This document shows, piece after piece, positions 1-6,907 of a stretch of 15,498 nucleotides of DNA. Source of the stretch: Prochlorococcus sp. AG-355-B18 (GTDB lineage Bacteria > Cyanobacteriota > Cyanobacteriia > PCC-6307 > Cyanobiaceae); contig QCDI01000016.1 in the NCBI GenBank assembly GCA_003280965.1, positions 1-15,498 on the forward strand, given 5' to 3'. Under the pieces are notes generated by a model that saw nothing but the letters and a program-made list of their open reading frames with translations, was not told the origin of the DNA and did not search any database. The position numbers and the translations under genes were made by a program. Numbering within the stretch: the first letter of the stretch is position 1; every line of letters begins with the position of its first letter.

Positions 1-241
1 CTGTCAATTCCTCTCTACTTTCTGCCTGCTCATCAGTTCCAGAAGAATAAAAAGTATAATATCTCGCGCAAATCTCTTTATATCTTAGTAACTTTACATT
101 TTCATTTAAAATATTTCTATTTTCTTTAAGAGTACTTGAAATAGAATATGAATTGATAGCTACAATAGCCATAAAAATATTTAATGAATATTTTCTTAAA
201 AAGTTTATTGTTTTTGTTTTATAAATATTTAATTTGTTCAT
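1..241 (-). CDS. Hypothetical membrane-anchored protein, runs off the left edge (MNKLNIYKTKTINFLRKYSLNIFMAIVAINSYSISSTLKE...)
   Basis: Hand translation: ATG at 241, 80 stop-free codons to the window edge; basic N-terminus followed by a hydrophobic stretch. Not in the ORF track. Confidence 0.6.
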   Translation of the reverse strand, partial: MNKLNIYKTKTINFLRKYSLNIFMAIVAINSYSISSTLKENRNILNENVKLLRYKEICARYYTFYSSGTDEQAESREELT

Positions 242-528
242 ATGAAATCAGCTAAATAAGGCGTCAATATTTAGTCGAAAATTTAGAGTAAGTAACGAAA
301 ATTAAGAGGTAATTAATTTAAAAATAAATTTGTTTAAAGAAAGTCAAGACGCTTAAAAAATTTAAAGAAGCTATTAATCTTAAGGTCAATATAAATTAAT
401 AGTTGAAAATATTAAGATTTCTCGATTCGAACGACTTATCAAAATGAGTAAATTTACTAACTGACAAATTATTTTTTTTACTTATTATTAAAAATAACTT
501 AAGAAAAATTTAAGTAAAGGTTAACATT

Positions 529-768
529 GTGGCAAAATCAAAAGCAAAGAGAAAAAAAGCTATTTTATCTCTAAAAACTCCAGCTATTCTGGCAGATGGA
601 GTTATCCAGTTCAGCACAATCGTAACTTCTATCACACTTGTTTTTTTAACAGTTGGATTTTATTCGGCTTCTAATCAAGCTAATAATTTAAATAAAAACT
701 TAGAAAGAATTACTTCACAAAATTCAGTAAATATGAGTGCTGGAAATTATTGCGATTTAGCTCTTTGA
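529..768 (+). CDS. Hypothetical single-pass membrane protein (79 aa)
   Basis: GTG start, Lys-rich N-terminus, hydrophobic segment IVTSITLVFLTVGFY; divergent from the ORF starting at 241. Confidence 0.55.
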   Translation: MAKSKAKRKKAILSLKTPAILADGVIQFSTIVTSITLVFLTVGFYSASNQANNLNKNLERITSQNSVNMSAGNYCDLAL

Positions 769-881
769 TAATTAAACTTTAGTGCTTAATGCCTTAAAAA
801 TTTATATCAAAAAATTTACTTTTGCTATGCCAGAATCAGAGAGATAAAACAATAAAGGAATGCATTAACTCTGCAAGGTAA

Positions 882-1082
882 TTATAAAAAAGAAAAAATC
901 ATCATTTGTTTATATTTTGAGGAACCAATAACTAAATTTAAACTTGATATCTTATGGAATTTTTTATGCGTAAAATTACAAAATTCATTTTCATCTGAAT
1001 AGTTAATTAAATCAACTGCATTAATATTTGAATCAAACCACAGGTCATATTCTATGTAATTTGGCTCTGCAAAATAAGCCAT
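882..1082 (-). CDS. Small hypothetical protein (YFAEPN-x-IEYD-x-WFD family), paralog of 5318..5500
   Basis: Clear residue-level similarity to the ORF at 5318 over ~55 aa. Confidence 0.8.
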   Translation of the reverse strand: MAYFAEPNYIEYDLWFDSNINAVDLINYSDENEFCNFTHKKFHKISSLNLVIGSSKYKQMMIFSFL

Positions 1083-1096
1083 ACCAAATTTATTTC

Positions 1097-1142
1097 AAAA
1101 AGAAAAAGCTTCTCTATTTCGTGTGAGGAGAATATAGAAGCT
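1097..1142 (-). ncRNA. Putative Yfr1-like small RNA or leader hairpin with CUCCUCACAC in the loop
   Basis: Minus strand reads AGCTTCTATATT-CTCCTCACACGA-AATAGAGAAGCT-TTTTCTTTTT (12-bp stem, one mismatch, U-tract). A TAAACT -10 (1154-1149) lies 6 nt upstream. The loop matches 10 nt of the Yfr1 motif ACUCCUCACAC. Confidence 0.6.
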
Positions 1143-1414
1143 AATTTCAGTTTAAAAGATTAAATGAACTCTTCTTTAAGAATTAAATAAGATACTAATA
1201 AGAAAAAATAAAATATTATTTTAATTTAAAAAAATGATTAGTTTACTTTTTGCATACTATAAAAAATTGCATCCAAGACCACTGCTTTAGAAGAATTGAA
1301 TGCATTATTAGAATCACATTTTAAAGTTATAAGCATGTTATGAATTGTTTAAAAGAAAAAAAAAGAAACAAAAAGAAAGGGATTTTTGCAAGTTATATTT
1401 TTAATAAAAAGTAA

Positions 1415-1759
1415 TTATCTAATTTGTGTTTTTGCTTCTAAACCTATTAATTTCATAAGGACTTTTGCATTACTTGCAACTGCATAATATTGTTTTTCTC
1501 TCATTGCTCTATGCATTGCATTTTCTAATGTACATACTAATTTCGCTGTCATTTCAGGGCGATTTAAGTCCCCTTCCTCAATATCATCTTTCAGCAAAAG
1601 ATAAGCATTGGAGGTGATCTGCCTGGCTCTTCTTCGTGAGATTCCATATTTTGCGGCAATATGGGAAGTAATAGATGAATAAGCTTGTCCTTCCGCAACT
1701 AATTCAGCAGCATGTGCAACTCTTAATTCGGTTTCTTGTTTAGTTGCTCTTTTAGTCAT
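1415..1759 (-). CDS. Hypothetical helical protein, possibly HTH/terminase-small-subunit-like, associated with a mobile-element end
   Basis: 114-aa ORF with an HTH-like segment (SITSHIAAKYGISRRRARQI) and a C-terminal AMREKQYYAVASNAKVLMKLIGL reminiscent of TerS helices; ~340 bp from the tRNA fragment. Function is inferred. Confidence 0.75.
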   Translation of the reverse strand: MTKRATKQETELRVAHAAELVAEGQAYSSITSHIAAKYGISRRRARQITSNAYLLLKDDIEEGDLNRPEMTAKLVCTLENAMHRAMREKQYYAVASNAKVLMKLIGLEAKTQIR

Positions 1760-1811
1760 TACTACTTGGTTTGCCTATCCTTGCATCTAGCTCTTGCTCA
1801 AAAACAGACAT
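1752..1811 (-). pseudogene. Possible 3' remnant of a truncated upstream gene (MSVFEQELDARIGKPSSND*)
   Basis: 19-aa frame overlapping the start of 1415..1759 by 8 nt; an in-frame stop lies 4 codons upstream in AT-rich DNA. Confidence 0.3.
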
Positions 1812-2006
1812 AAAGTAGGTTTAACTATTGTATTTATAGCATTAAATATTATAGATTTGTAGAATAAATTCAGTTCTAACAAGGGTTATAGCTTAGCTTA
1901 CCTAATCTTAATTAACATTTTATGTTCGTCTGAATGTAATTAAAGATTAGGGTAGAACTATTTATAAAACTAGAAACTAGCCCTTCCCTTGAGGGGATTA
2001 TTCTCT

Positions 2007-2030
2007 TCGCACTAGTTATCGCACTAATTA
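2007..2030 (+). repeat. Tandem 12-bp repeat TCGCACTA(G/A)TTA x2, candidate recombinase arm site
   Basis: 2007-2018 TCGCACTAGTTA and 2019-2030 TCGCACTAATTA; AAACTAG x2 at 1967-1980; ~65 bp from the tRNA fragment. Confidence 0.5.
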
Positions 2031-2094
2031 GTTAACGCTTAGTAATATTTACCCCTAAACTTCAGTTATACCAATAGTTTTGAAATACTTTTGA

Positions 2095-2141
2095 TTCCCT
2101 TGGTAAGGGAGAGGTCTCGGGTTCAAGTCCCGACGAGGGCA
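2095..2141 (+). mobile_element. 3' half of tRNA-Thr(GGT); att-site remnant, not a functional tRNA
   Basis: Anticodon arm TTCCC-TTGGTAA-GGGAG, variable loop AGGTC, T-arm TCGGG-TTCAAGT-CCCGA, acceptor 3' strand CGAGGGC-A. No D-arm and no GCCCTCG 5' strand upstream. Confidence 0.9.
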
Positions 2142-2253
2142 CTCGCGGGATTGATTGATATTAATCTTAGTGGTGAGTATAAGCAATGCGGATAAAAACA
2201 ATCTTATAATTTCAAATAGCTTGTCTTCAGTAATGCCACTATCGTCATACCGG

Positions 2254-2415
2254 ATGCACAAAATTTATCTTGCAGCGACCATGAATTATGGTCTGGGTTC
2301 TTATGATCCAGAAGAGTTGGCCTACTACAACAAAATCAAAAAAGATATGGCTAATATGAAAAAAGAACCAGTTAAAAAGGGGATACCCCTAAATTGGGAT
2401 GCCCTGAAGGGATAG
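2254..2415 (+). CDS. Small hypothetical protein (MHKIYLAATMNYGLGSYDPEELAYY...)
   Basis: C-terminal part of track ORF 2155..2415; ATG at 2254 (or 2281) is more plausible than the TTG inside the post-tRNA hairpin. Confidence 0.6.
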   Translation: MHKIYLAATMNYGLGSYDPEELAYYNKIKKDMANMKKEPVKKGIPLNWDALKG

Positions 2416-2419
2416 ATAA

Positions 2420-2512
2420 ATGAATCTGAATACTTTTTTACTAATTGATGGAAGTCTAATGTTGATTGGTCTGCCTTTACTGATGATTCTTAAAGGGAAA
2501 AAAAATAATTGA
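2420..2512 (+). CDS. 30-aa hydrophobic peptide MNLNTFLLIDGSLMLIGLPLLMILKGKKNN
   Basis: Hand translation; ATG 4 nt after the previous stop; one TM-like helix plus a basic tail. Confidence 0.5.
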   Translation: MNLNTFLLIDGSLMLIGLPLLMILKGKKNN

Positions 2513-2651
2513 AATTTGCCAAGATTTTAACCATATTTTAATTTAATCGTTGATCCTTTATCCGTATATAGGAGTACCCCAAACCGTACATACCCATCAG
2601 TCCGATGGATAGTCTGATTAGTTAGAACATAGATGTAGTCGTCATGAGAAA

Positions 2652-2789
2652 ATGTCTACCAAATCTACATTGAAAGAAGAACATAAATCTGAGATTAAAG
2701 AAAGATCAGAAGAAGAACTTCTTGAGGAAGAAATTAAAAATCAGCAAACCTTGGAAAGCTTTATTGAATCCGAAAAAAACTGGAACTGA
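2652..2789 (+). CDS. 45-aa Glu-rich hypothetical protein MSTKSTLKEEHKSEIKERSEEELLEEEIKNQQTLESFIESEKNWN
   Basis: Hand translation; coding-like purine-rich composition; directly upstream of 2817..3002. Confidence 0.65.
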   Translation: MSTKSTLKEEHKSEIKERSEEELLEEEIKNQQTLESFIESEKNWN

Positions 2790-2816
2790 TTAAAACTTAC
2801 TTATTAGGAGATATTT

Positions 2817-3002
2817 ATGAACTTAAAAAGATCACCATTCTCAATCCTTGATAAAGAAAGAAGAGAAATTGATTACATCAAAGGAATCTATAAGAAAAAA
2901 ATTCAAGCTGAAATTGAATCTTATAAAGATTCCGATGATGAAGATAAGAGAGATACAATTCAAGCACAAGATGTATTGATGCTTGATAGGATCTCAATTT
3001 AG
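2817..3002 (+). CDS. Small hypothetical protein (61 aa)
   Basis: AGGAG Shine-Dalgarno 6 nt before the ATG; convergent overlap with the next gene's stop. Confidence 0.75.
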   Translation: MNLKRSPFSILDKERREIDYIKGIYKKKIQAEIESYKDSDDEDKRDTIQAQDVLMLDRISI

Positions 3003-3301
3003 TTATTCTTCTTTTTCTTCTTTTTATCTTTCTTATTTTTTTTTACCTTCTCATAAACCTCATCAGCTTTTTGTTCAATACTATCCAGCTTATTTGAGAT
3101 TTCCTTTATAGCTTTTGCTTTTCCTTCTTTAACAACTTTTCCTTTTACCTCTTTAATTTTAACTGGCTCTTCTATTTCAAAAGTATCTCTTTCCAATCCT
3201 GTTTTAATTCCAAACTTAACTTTAATAAAATTGGCTATAAAAATAAGAATTGGCACATGAGCTAAACCGCCTATTACTATCCTTGTCTCTGAATAAGCCA
3301 T
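2999..3301 (-). CDS. Hypothetical protein with N-terminal membrane anchor and Lys-rich tail
   Basis: IVIGGLAHVPILIFIANF hydrophobic segment; KKNKKDKKKKKK C-terminus. Confidence 0.75.
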   Translation of the reverse strand: MAYSETRIVIGGLAHVPILIFIANFIKVKFGIKTGLERDTFEIEEPVKIKEVKGKVVKEGKAKAIKEISNKLDSIEQKADEVYEKVKKNKKDKKKKKKNN

Positions 3302-3441
3302 TTATTATTAAAAGAACTGAGATATTTAAGCATAAATTTAATTTTAAATTCCTTATTATTAAGCCAATAAATATTAATAATCCTTTCTTGATTCATAGAT
3401 CCATAATCTTGCTATTAATTAAGTAGATACTTTTTTATTAA

Positions 3442-3531
3442 ATGCCATTAGACGTATTTCTAATGAATATGTGCGTTGTAGTTTTAGTTTTGCTCATCAG
3501 AAGAGAAATCAAGCTTAAGAAAGCGAGATAG
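3442..3531 (+). CDS. 29-aa membrane peptide MPLDVFLMNMCVVVLVLLIRREIKLKKAR
   Basis: Hand translation; TM helix followed by a positively charged tail. Confidence 0.6.
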   Translation: MPLDVFLMNMCVVVLVLLIRREIKLKKAR

Positions 3532-3681
3532 ATTATGAAGACAAAAGTTTTTAGAGCGCAATACATTCCAAATGTCCATGCTATGACTCTTTTACTAATG
3601 CTTCTTATATGTCTTTGGTTACCTCTAGTACTCAGATTCTTATTGATAATTTAGTCAAACAGATTAGTTAATACTCTTACC

Positions 3682-4071
3682 TTAAACTCTGCTATAACCT
3701 AATTTTGTTTTAAAGATCTTATATGGAACTCCTGTTCCATTCATGGCTGCAATAACTTTATCTCCCACAGTTCCGTAAAATTCAACAGAAAAATCAGTTC
3801 CTAGTTCAGCATGAGCTTCAAGATAAACACCAACTGCTGGATTAGCTAAATGAGCAAGTAAAGCATCATCATTCTTATAAACTTCTGACCATACAAAACG
3901 AAGAGGATCATCTGGATCTTGATCAAAAGTATGATGGAGCATACCTGGTTCTTCAGCCTCAACAGCTTTATCTGTCTTATCAGCTATTTCTAAATATTCT
4001 GCAACCTTGTCTTTCTTAACTTTAAGTTTTGCAAGAAGCATAAATGGAGTATCTGATCCAAAACTAGACAT
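3682..4071 (-). CDS. Antibiotic biosynthesis monooxygenase (ABM)-family / putative quinol monooxygenase-like protein
   Basis: Typical ABM pattern: EEPGMLHHTF...DPDDP..FVWSEVY.NDDALLAHLANP. Confidence 0.85.
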   Translation of the reverse strand: MSSFGSDTPFMLLAKLKVKKDKVAEYLEIADKTDKAVEAEEPGMLHHTFDQDPDDPLRFVWSEVYKNDDALLAHLANPAVGVYLEAHAELGTDFSVEFYGTVGDKVIAAMNGTGVPYKIFKTKLGYSRV

Positions 4072-4108
4072 AAAAAAAAAGACTCTTACGAGCCTGAGTG
4101 ATGGGGAT
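4072..4108 (-). promoter_or_regulatory. Leader of the ABM gene: AUCCCCAUCAC seed plus a terminator-like GNRA hairpin and U9 abutting the ATG
   Basis: Minus strand: ATCCCCATCACTCA-GGCTC-GTAA-GAGTC-TTTTTTTTT-ATG; extended -10-like TGtCATGAT at 4121-4113. Confidence 0.6.
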
Positions 4109-4173
4109 TTCTATCATGACAAATTAAACAGAAACAAACAACCCCATCAATAGTCCATTTTTATTACTTACAA

Positions 4174-4189
4174 ACACCATATGTAGTGC
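4174..4189. promoter_or_regulatory. NrdR-box-like palindrome ACACCATATGTAGTGC
   Basis: 13/16 match to the acaCwAtATaTwGtgt consensus; weaker copy ACCCCATCAATAGTCC at 4141-4156. Confidence 0.35.
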
Positions 4190-4200
4190 TAGTATTTTAT

Positions 4201-4262
4201 AAAAGGCTGGGTGATGGGGATGATCTAGCTTTTATATTGGGCGTGGCTAACGCCCTTTTTTT
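4201..4262 (+). ncRNA. Putative ~60-nt two-hairpin sRNA with GUGAUGGGGA loop and intrinsic terminator
   Basis: Extended -10 TGcTAGTAT (4187-4195); stem AAAGGCTGG/CTAGCTTTT (G-U pairs work only on +) around GTGATGGGGATGAT; terminator GGGCGT-GGCTA-ACGCCC-T7. Confidence 0.65.
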
Positions 4263-4410
4263 ATGGATATAACTTCTCAATAGCTTCTTTTTGTTCTTGT
4301 TTTTGTATTTCTTCAGCATCATAAAGAGGACAAGTGTTCTGATTAAGTGATGAGAAAAAAACACTCTTTTTAAAACGTTTGAAAAAAGGAGTAAGTAGTA
4401 AGCGTTTCAT
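4261..4410 (-). CDS. 49-aa hypothetical protein ending QKEAIEKLYP
   Basis: Part of track ORF 4261..4446; the ATG at 4410 avoids overlap with the upstream gene. Confidence 0.65.
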   Translation of the reverse strand: MKRLLLTPFFKRFKKSVFFSSLNQNTCPLYDAEEIQKQEQKEAIEKLYP

Positions 4411-4426
4411 TAAGTCTTCTCTTCCC

Positions 4427-4717
4427 TCATATGTAGCTAATTTCATATTGATTAATTAATTTTTTAAAAAGATCAACTCTTTTTTGTCCATTTTTTAATG
4501 GTCTAGACGAGTCAAGGACAGCTGCACAACATAGTTGCCAACAAGATTTTTCATCTAGGCCTAATTCCTCACATATATTTTTTGGAGCTTTAAAAACTGT
4601 ATTAATTTCTGCAATATGTTGAGTAGTTTCCCACAATTCCCCTTCAAGAAAGTCGAGTTCAATACTTGATAACAATTCAGTTGCTACGTAATCCTTGATT
4701 AGCTCAGTTAAATCCAC
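4427..4717 (-). CDS. Hypothetical protein (DLTELIKDYV...SCWQLCCAAVLD)
   Basis: Track ORF 4427..4750; GTG at 4717 is the probable start (uncertain). Confidence 0.75.
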   Translation of the reverse strand: MDLTELIKDYVATELLSSIELDFLEGELWETTQHIAEINTVFKAPKNICEELGLDEKSCWQLCCAAVLDSSRPLKNGQKRVDLFKKLINQYEISYI

Positions 4718-4828
4718 AATATTTTTAGAGCAGAGATAAAGTTGGATCATCTCTTAGTTTTTATATAGATATAGCAAGATAAAAAAAAAGGAGCTAGTTA
4801 CTAATTATTTTGGATCAAGTATCAATTA

Positions 4829-5176
4829 TCAAGAAAAGACAGGTGGATAAGGTGTTTGTCCATTCATTAAAGCTGTGTCAATCGGTTTACATATATTCAT
4901 CAATGCATCTTGTCCGAACCCCGGACCAGAAGGTCCATCAATAAACTCCTGAAATTCCTCAGCAGAAATACCCTCTTTTACTTCCCAAAAACAATACACA
5001 GGGCCAGTTTTAGTTACAGCATTTGCAGAATGGTTATAGAATCCTTTTTCTTTATTAGCTGCAACTGCATCATCCCATCCACCACCAGGTGACATTGCTG
5101 CATATGCTGTTTCCCACCATTTTTCAGATTTTCCTACCTTAAATTCATGATGAACAATATAAAACGTAGAAGACAT
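4829..5176 (-). CDS. Hypothetical protein (115 aa), possibly dimeric alpha/beta-barrel-like
   Basis: Well-formed ORF with globular composition (FYIVHHEFK, PVYCFWEVK strands). Fold is a guess. Confidence 0.85.
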   Translation of the reverse strand: MSSTFYIVHHEFKVGKSEKWWETAYAAMSPGGGWDDAVAANKEKGFYNHSANAVTKTGPVYCFWEVKEGISAEEFQEFIDGPSGPGFGQDALMNICKPIDTALMNGQTPYPPVFS

Positions 5177-5317
5177 GGATTAAATGATTTCGCTCACTTC
5201 TTTCTAGCAACAAATCTTTGCGTACAAGTTAAAAATTCGGATACATGAATAAAAAAATAATCTTTATTTGGTATCGCATGTACCGTTTATATATTTTTTG
5301 GTAGCTATTAATTGAAT

Positions 5318-5500
5318 ATGAGTTATTTTGCTGAACCTAACCATATTGAATATGATGCATGGTTCGATGAAAATATCGACCCACTAGACTTAGTTAATTA
5401 TTCAAATGAAAAGGAGTTCAGTGATTCGGTACATGAAAAGTTCCATAAAATTTCAGCTCAAAATTTAACAATTGGATCTTCTGATAATTTTCACTGGTAG
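5318..5500 (+). CDS. Small hypothetical protein, paralog of 882..1082
   Basis: MSYFAEPNHIEYDAWFD... aligns with MAYFAEPNYIEYDLWFD..., which places the start at ATG 5318. Confidence 0.85.
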   Translation: MSYFAEPNHIEYDAWFDENIDPLDLVNYSNEKEFSDSVHEKFHKISAQNLTIGSSDNFHW

Positions 5501-5537
5501 GTAAAGGAATCTTTTTATTTATTTGATTTTGTTAACT

Positions 5538-5915
5538 TTATGCAGAATATGTCCCATCACTTTCTCTTCTTAACTTAGCCAATACAATTTCATTTACAAC
5601 TTTTTCAATCATGTAGGCACTTTTCCTACCAAAGCATTTTTCTTTTTTAATGTTATTAAAATCGCTTTGAAGGTTATTAATATGTTTACAACAATCGCAT
5701 TTAATATCGATTTTCTTACCTTTGTAAATCTCCAAAGCCCTAGAAAAAATCCATTGCTGAATTGCAATACTTTCCCAACCATCAAAATTCGACCACTTAT
5801 CAAAATCCATATTCAGGATATCTTTTAATCCTTCTACTTGATTTATATATGCTATAGATGCATTATTTCTTGATTGATCATTAATACCAATAACTTTTAC
5901 AGAATTTTGATTCAT
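5538..5915 (-). CDS. Hypothetical protein with CDCC motif (125 aa)
   Basis: Long ORF for such AT-rich DNA; AAGGG before the ATG; Cys cluster KCDCCK...KCFG. Confidence 0.8.
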   Translation of the reverse strand: MNQNSVKVIGINDQSRNNASIAYINQVEGLKDILNMDFDKWSNFDGWESIAIQQWIFSRALEIYKGKKIDIKCDCCKHINNLQSDFNNIKKEKCFGRKSAYMIEKVVNEIVLAKLRRESDGTYSA

Positions 5916-6378
5916 CCCTTATAAATCAATAAAGTAATTTTTTATAAATCTATAACAAAATTTATTAAATTAAAAACCAAAAAATTTTTAAATAATTTAA
6001 ATAATTGCTTAATCCAATCTCAAAACATAATTTGTCAAGATTTCAAAATCCTTAAAATCATATTAAAAAATATTTGTAAAATTTAAAACTTTATAATGTG
6101 ATGAGCTACCTACTAAAAAACCTAAATTAAGAGCGAATAGATAAAAGATTAACGTTTTCATTTTTTAGTACAATTAACTATTTTTTTATAAAGTTCTTCT
6201 GAGATAGGTTGCATAGATTTAGAAATTTTTTATAAGCTAATTTCTTTTAACTTTTTGTTTTGTTTCTAACTATACTAATTAATACCTAAATTTATAGAAA
6301 AACATATCTTTTTAATAAGATGAACTTATATCAGTTCAATCAAAAGAATTATATAGAAAACTTATCAACTCTAAAAAA

Positions 6379-6522
6379 TTAAGCGCAAATAACAGACAAA
6401 TCTACAAAATTCTTATTTTCATCTGCCAATTCAGTAATAATTCTATTTAGCCATTCTGAGGTGCTCTCACAATAACCAACGTTTAGGATAGTTTTTTGTT
6501 TCGTTGTTTTTTCTGTGTTCAT
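6379..6522 (-). CDS. 47-aa hypothetical protein MNTEKTTKQKTILNVGYCESTSEWLNRIITELADENKNFVDLSVICA
   Basis: Hand translation, ATG 6522 to TAA 6379; amphipathic helix pattern. Confidence 0.55.
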   Translation of the reverse strand: MNTEKTTKQKTILNVGYCESTSEWLNRIITELADENKNFVDLSVICA

Positions 6523-6703
6523 AATATAAGTATTTTTATATAACCTAGTCTCGAATTAAATCTATGTGAATAAGTTTTAATTACTATCTATTTCAAAAAG
6601 TTGTATTTAATACAAATATAAGAAATACTCATCAATAAATAAAATAAATCTCTTGACAAAAAATCTATCTAAGTTTGAGTAGAAAAAATTTACTCTTTAG
6701 CCT

Positions 6704-6874
6704 ATGAATAACATCAAAATTGAGGAATTGATGAAAGTAAGGTTCGATGGTATCGCAAATAGACTCGGGCAATTAAGCAAAGGGGAAAGTGAATCTTTAT
6801 TGCTAGAACATCTTGAATGGTTGGAAGGTGGTTGGGAGACGGAAGAAATCTTATTTTTAAAAAAAACCAACTGA
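6704..6874 (+). CDS. 56-aa hypothetical protein MNNIKIEELMKVRFDGIANRLGQLSKGESESLLLEHLEWLEGGWETEEILFLKKTN
   Basis: Hand translation; fits the gap before the thiD stop without overlap, unlike the two track ORFs here. Confidence 0.75.
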   Translation: MNNIKIEELMKVRFDGIANRLGQLSKGESESLLLEHLEWLEGGWETEEILFLKKTN

Positions 6875-6907
6875 AAATGGTGGTTCTAAGCACACTGTTA
6901 AAAATAA

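Noticed and set aside
2070..2141. Intact tRNA-Thr gene
   Set aside because: No 5' acceptor strand or D-arm upstream of 2095.
2055..2261. Track ORF (68 aa, minus)
   Set aside because: Antisense shadow of the tRNA fragment; RRDLNPRPLPYQG is the typical reverse translation of a T-arm and anticodon arm.
3535..3654. 39-aa hydrophobic ORF MKTKVFRAQ...LRFLLII
   Set aside because: A competing open frame (..KCPCYDSF..) overlaps it and I cannot tell which, if either, is real.
4565..4573. TTCCTCACA, partial Yfr1-like motif
   Set aside because: Inside a CDS on the antisense strand with no flanking hairpin; likely chance.
4910..5092. Track ORF (60 aa, plus)
   Set aside because: Entirely antisense to the better 4829..5176 ORF.
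5609..5803. Track ORF (64 aa, minus)
   Set aside because: Alternate frame nested within 5538..5915.
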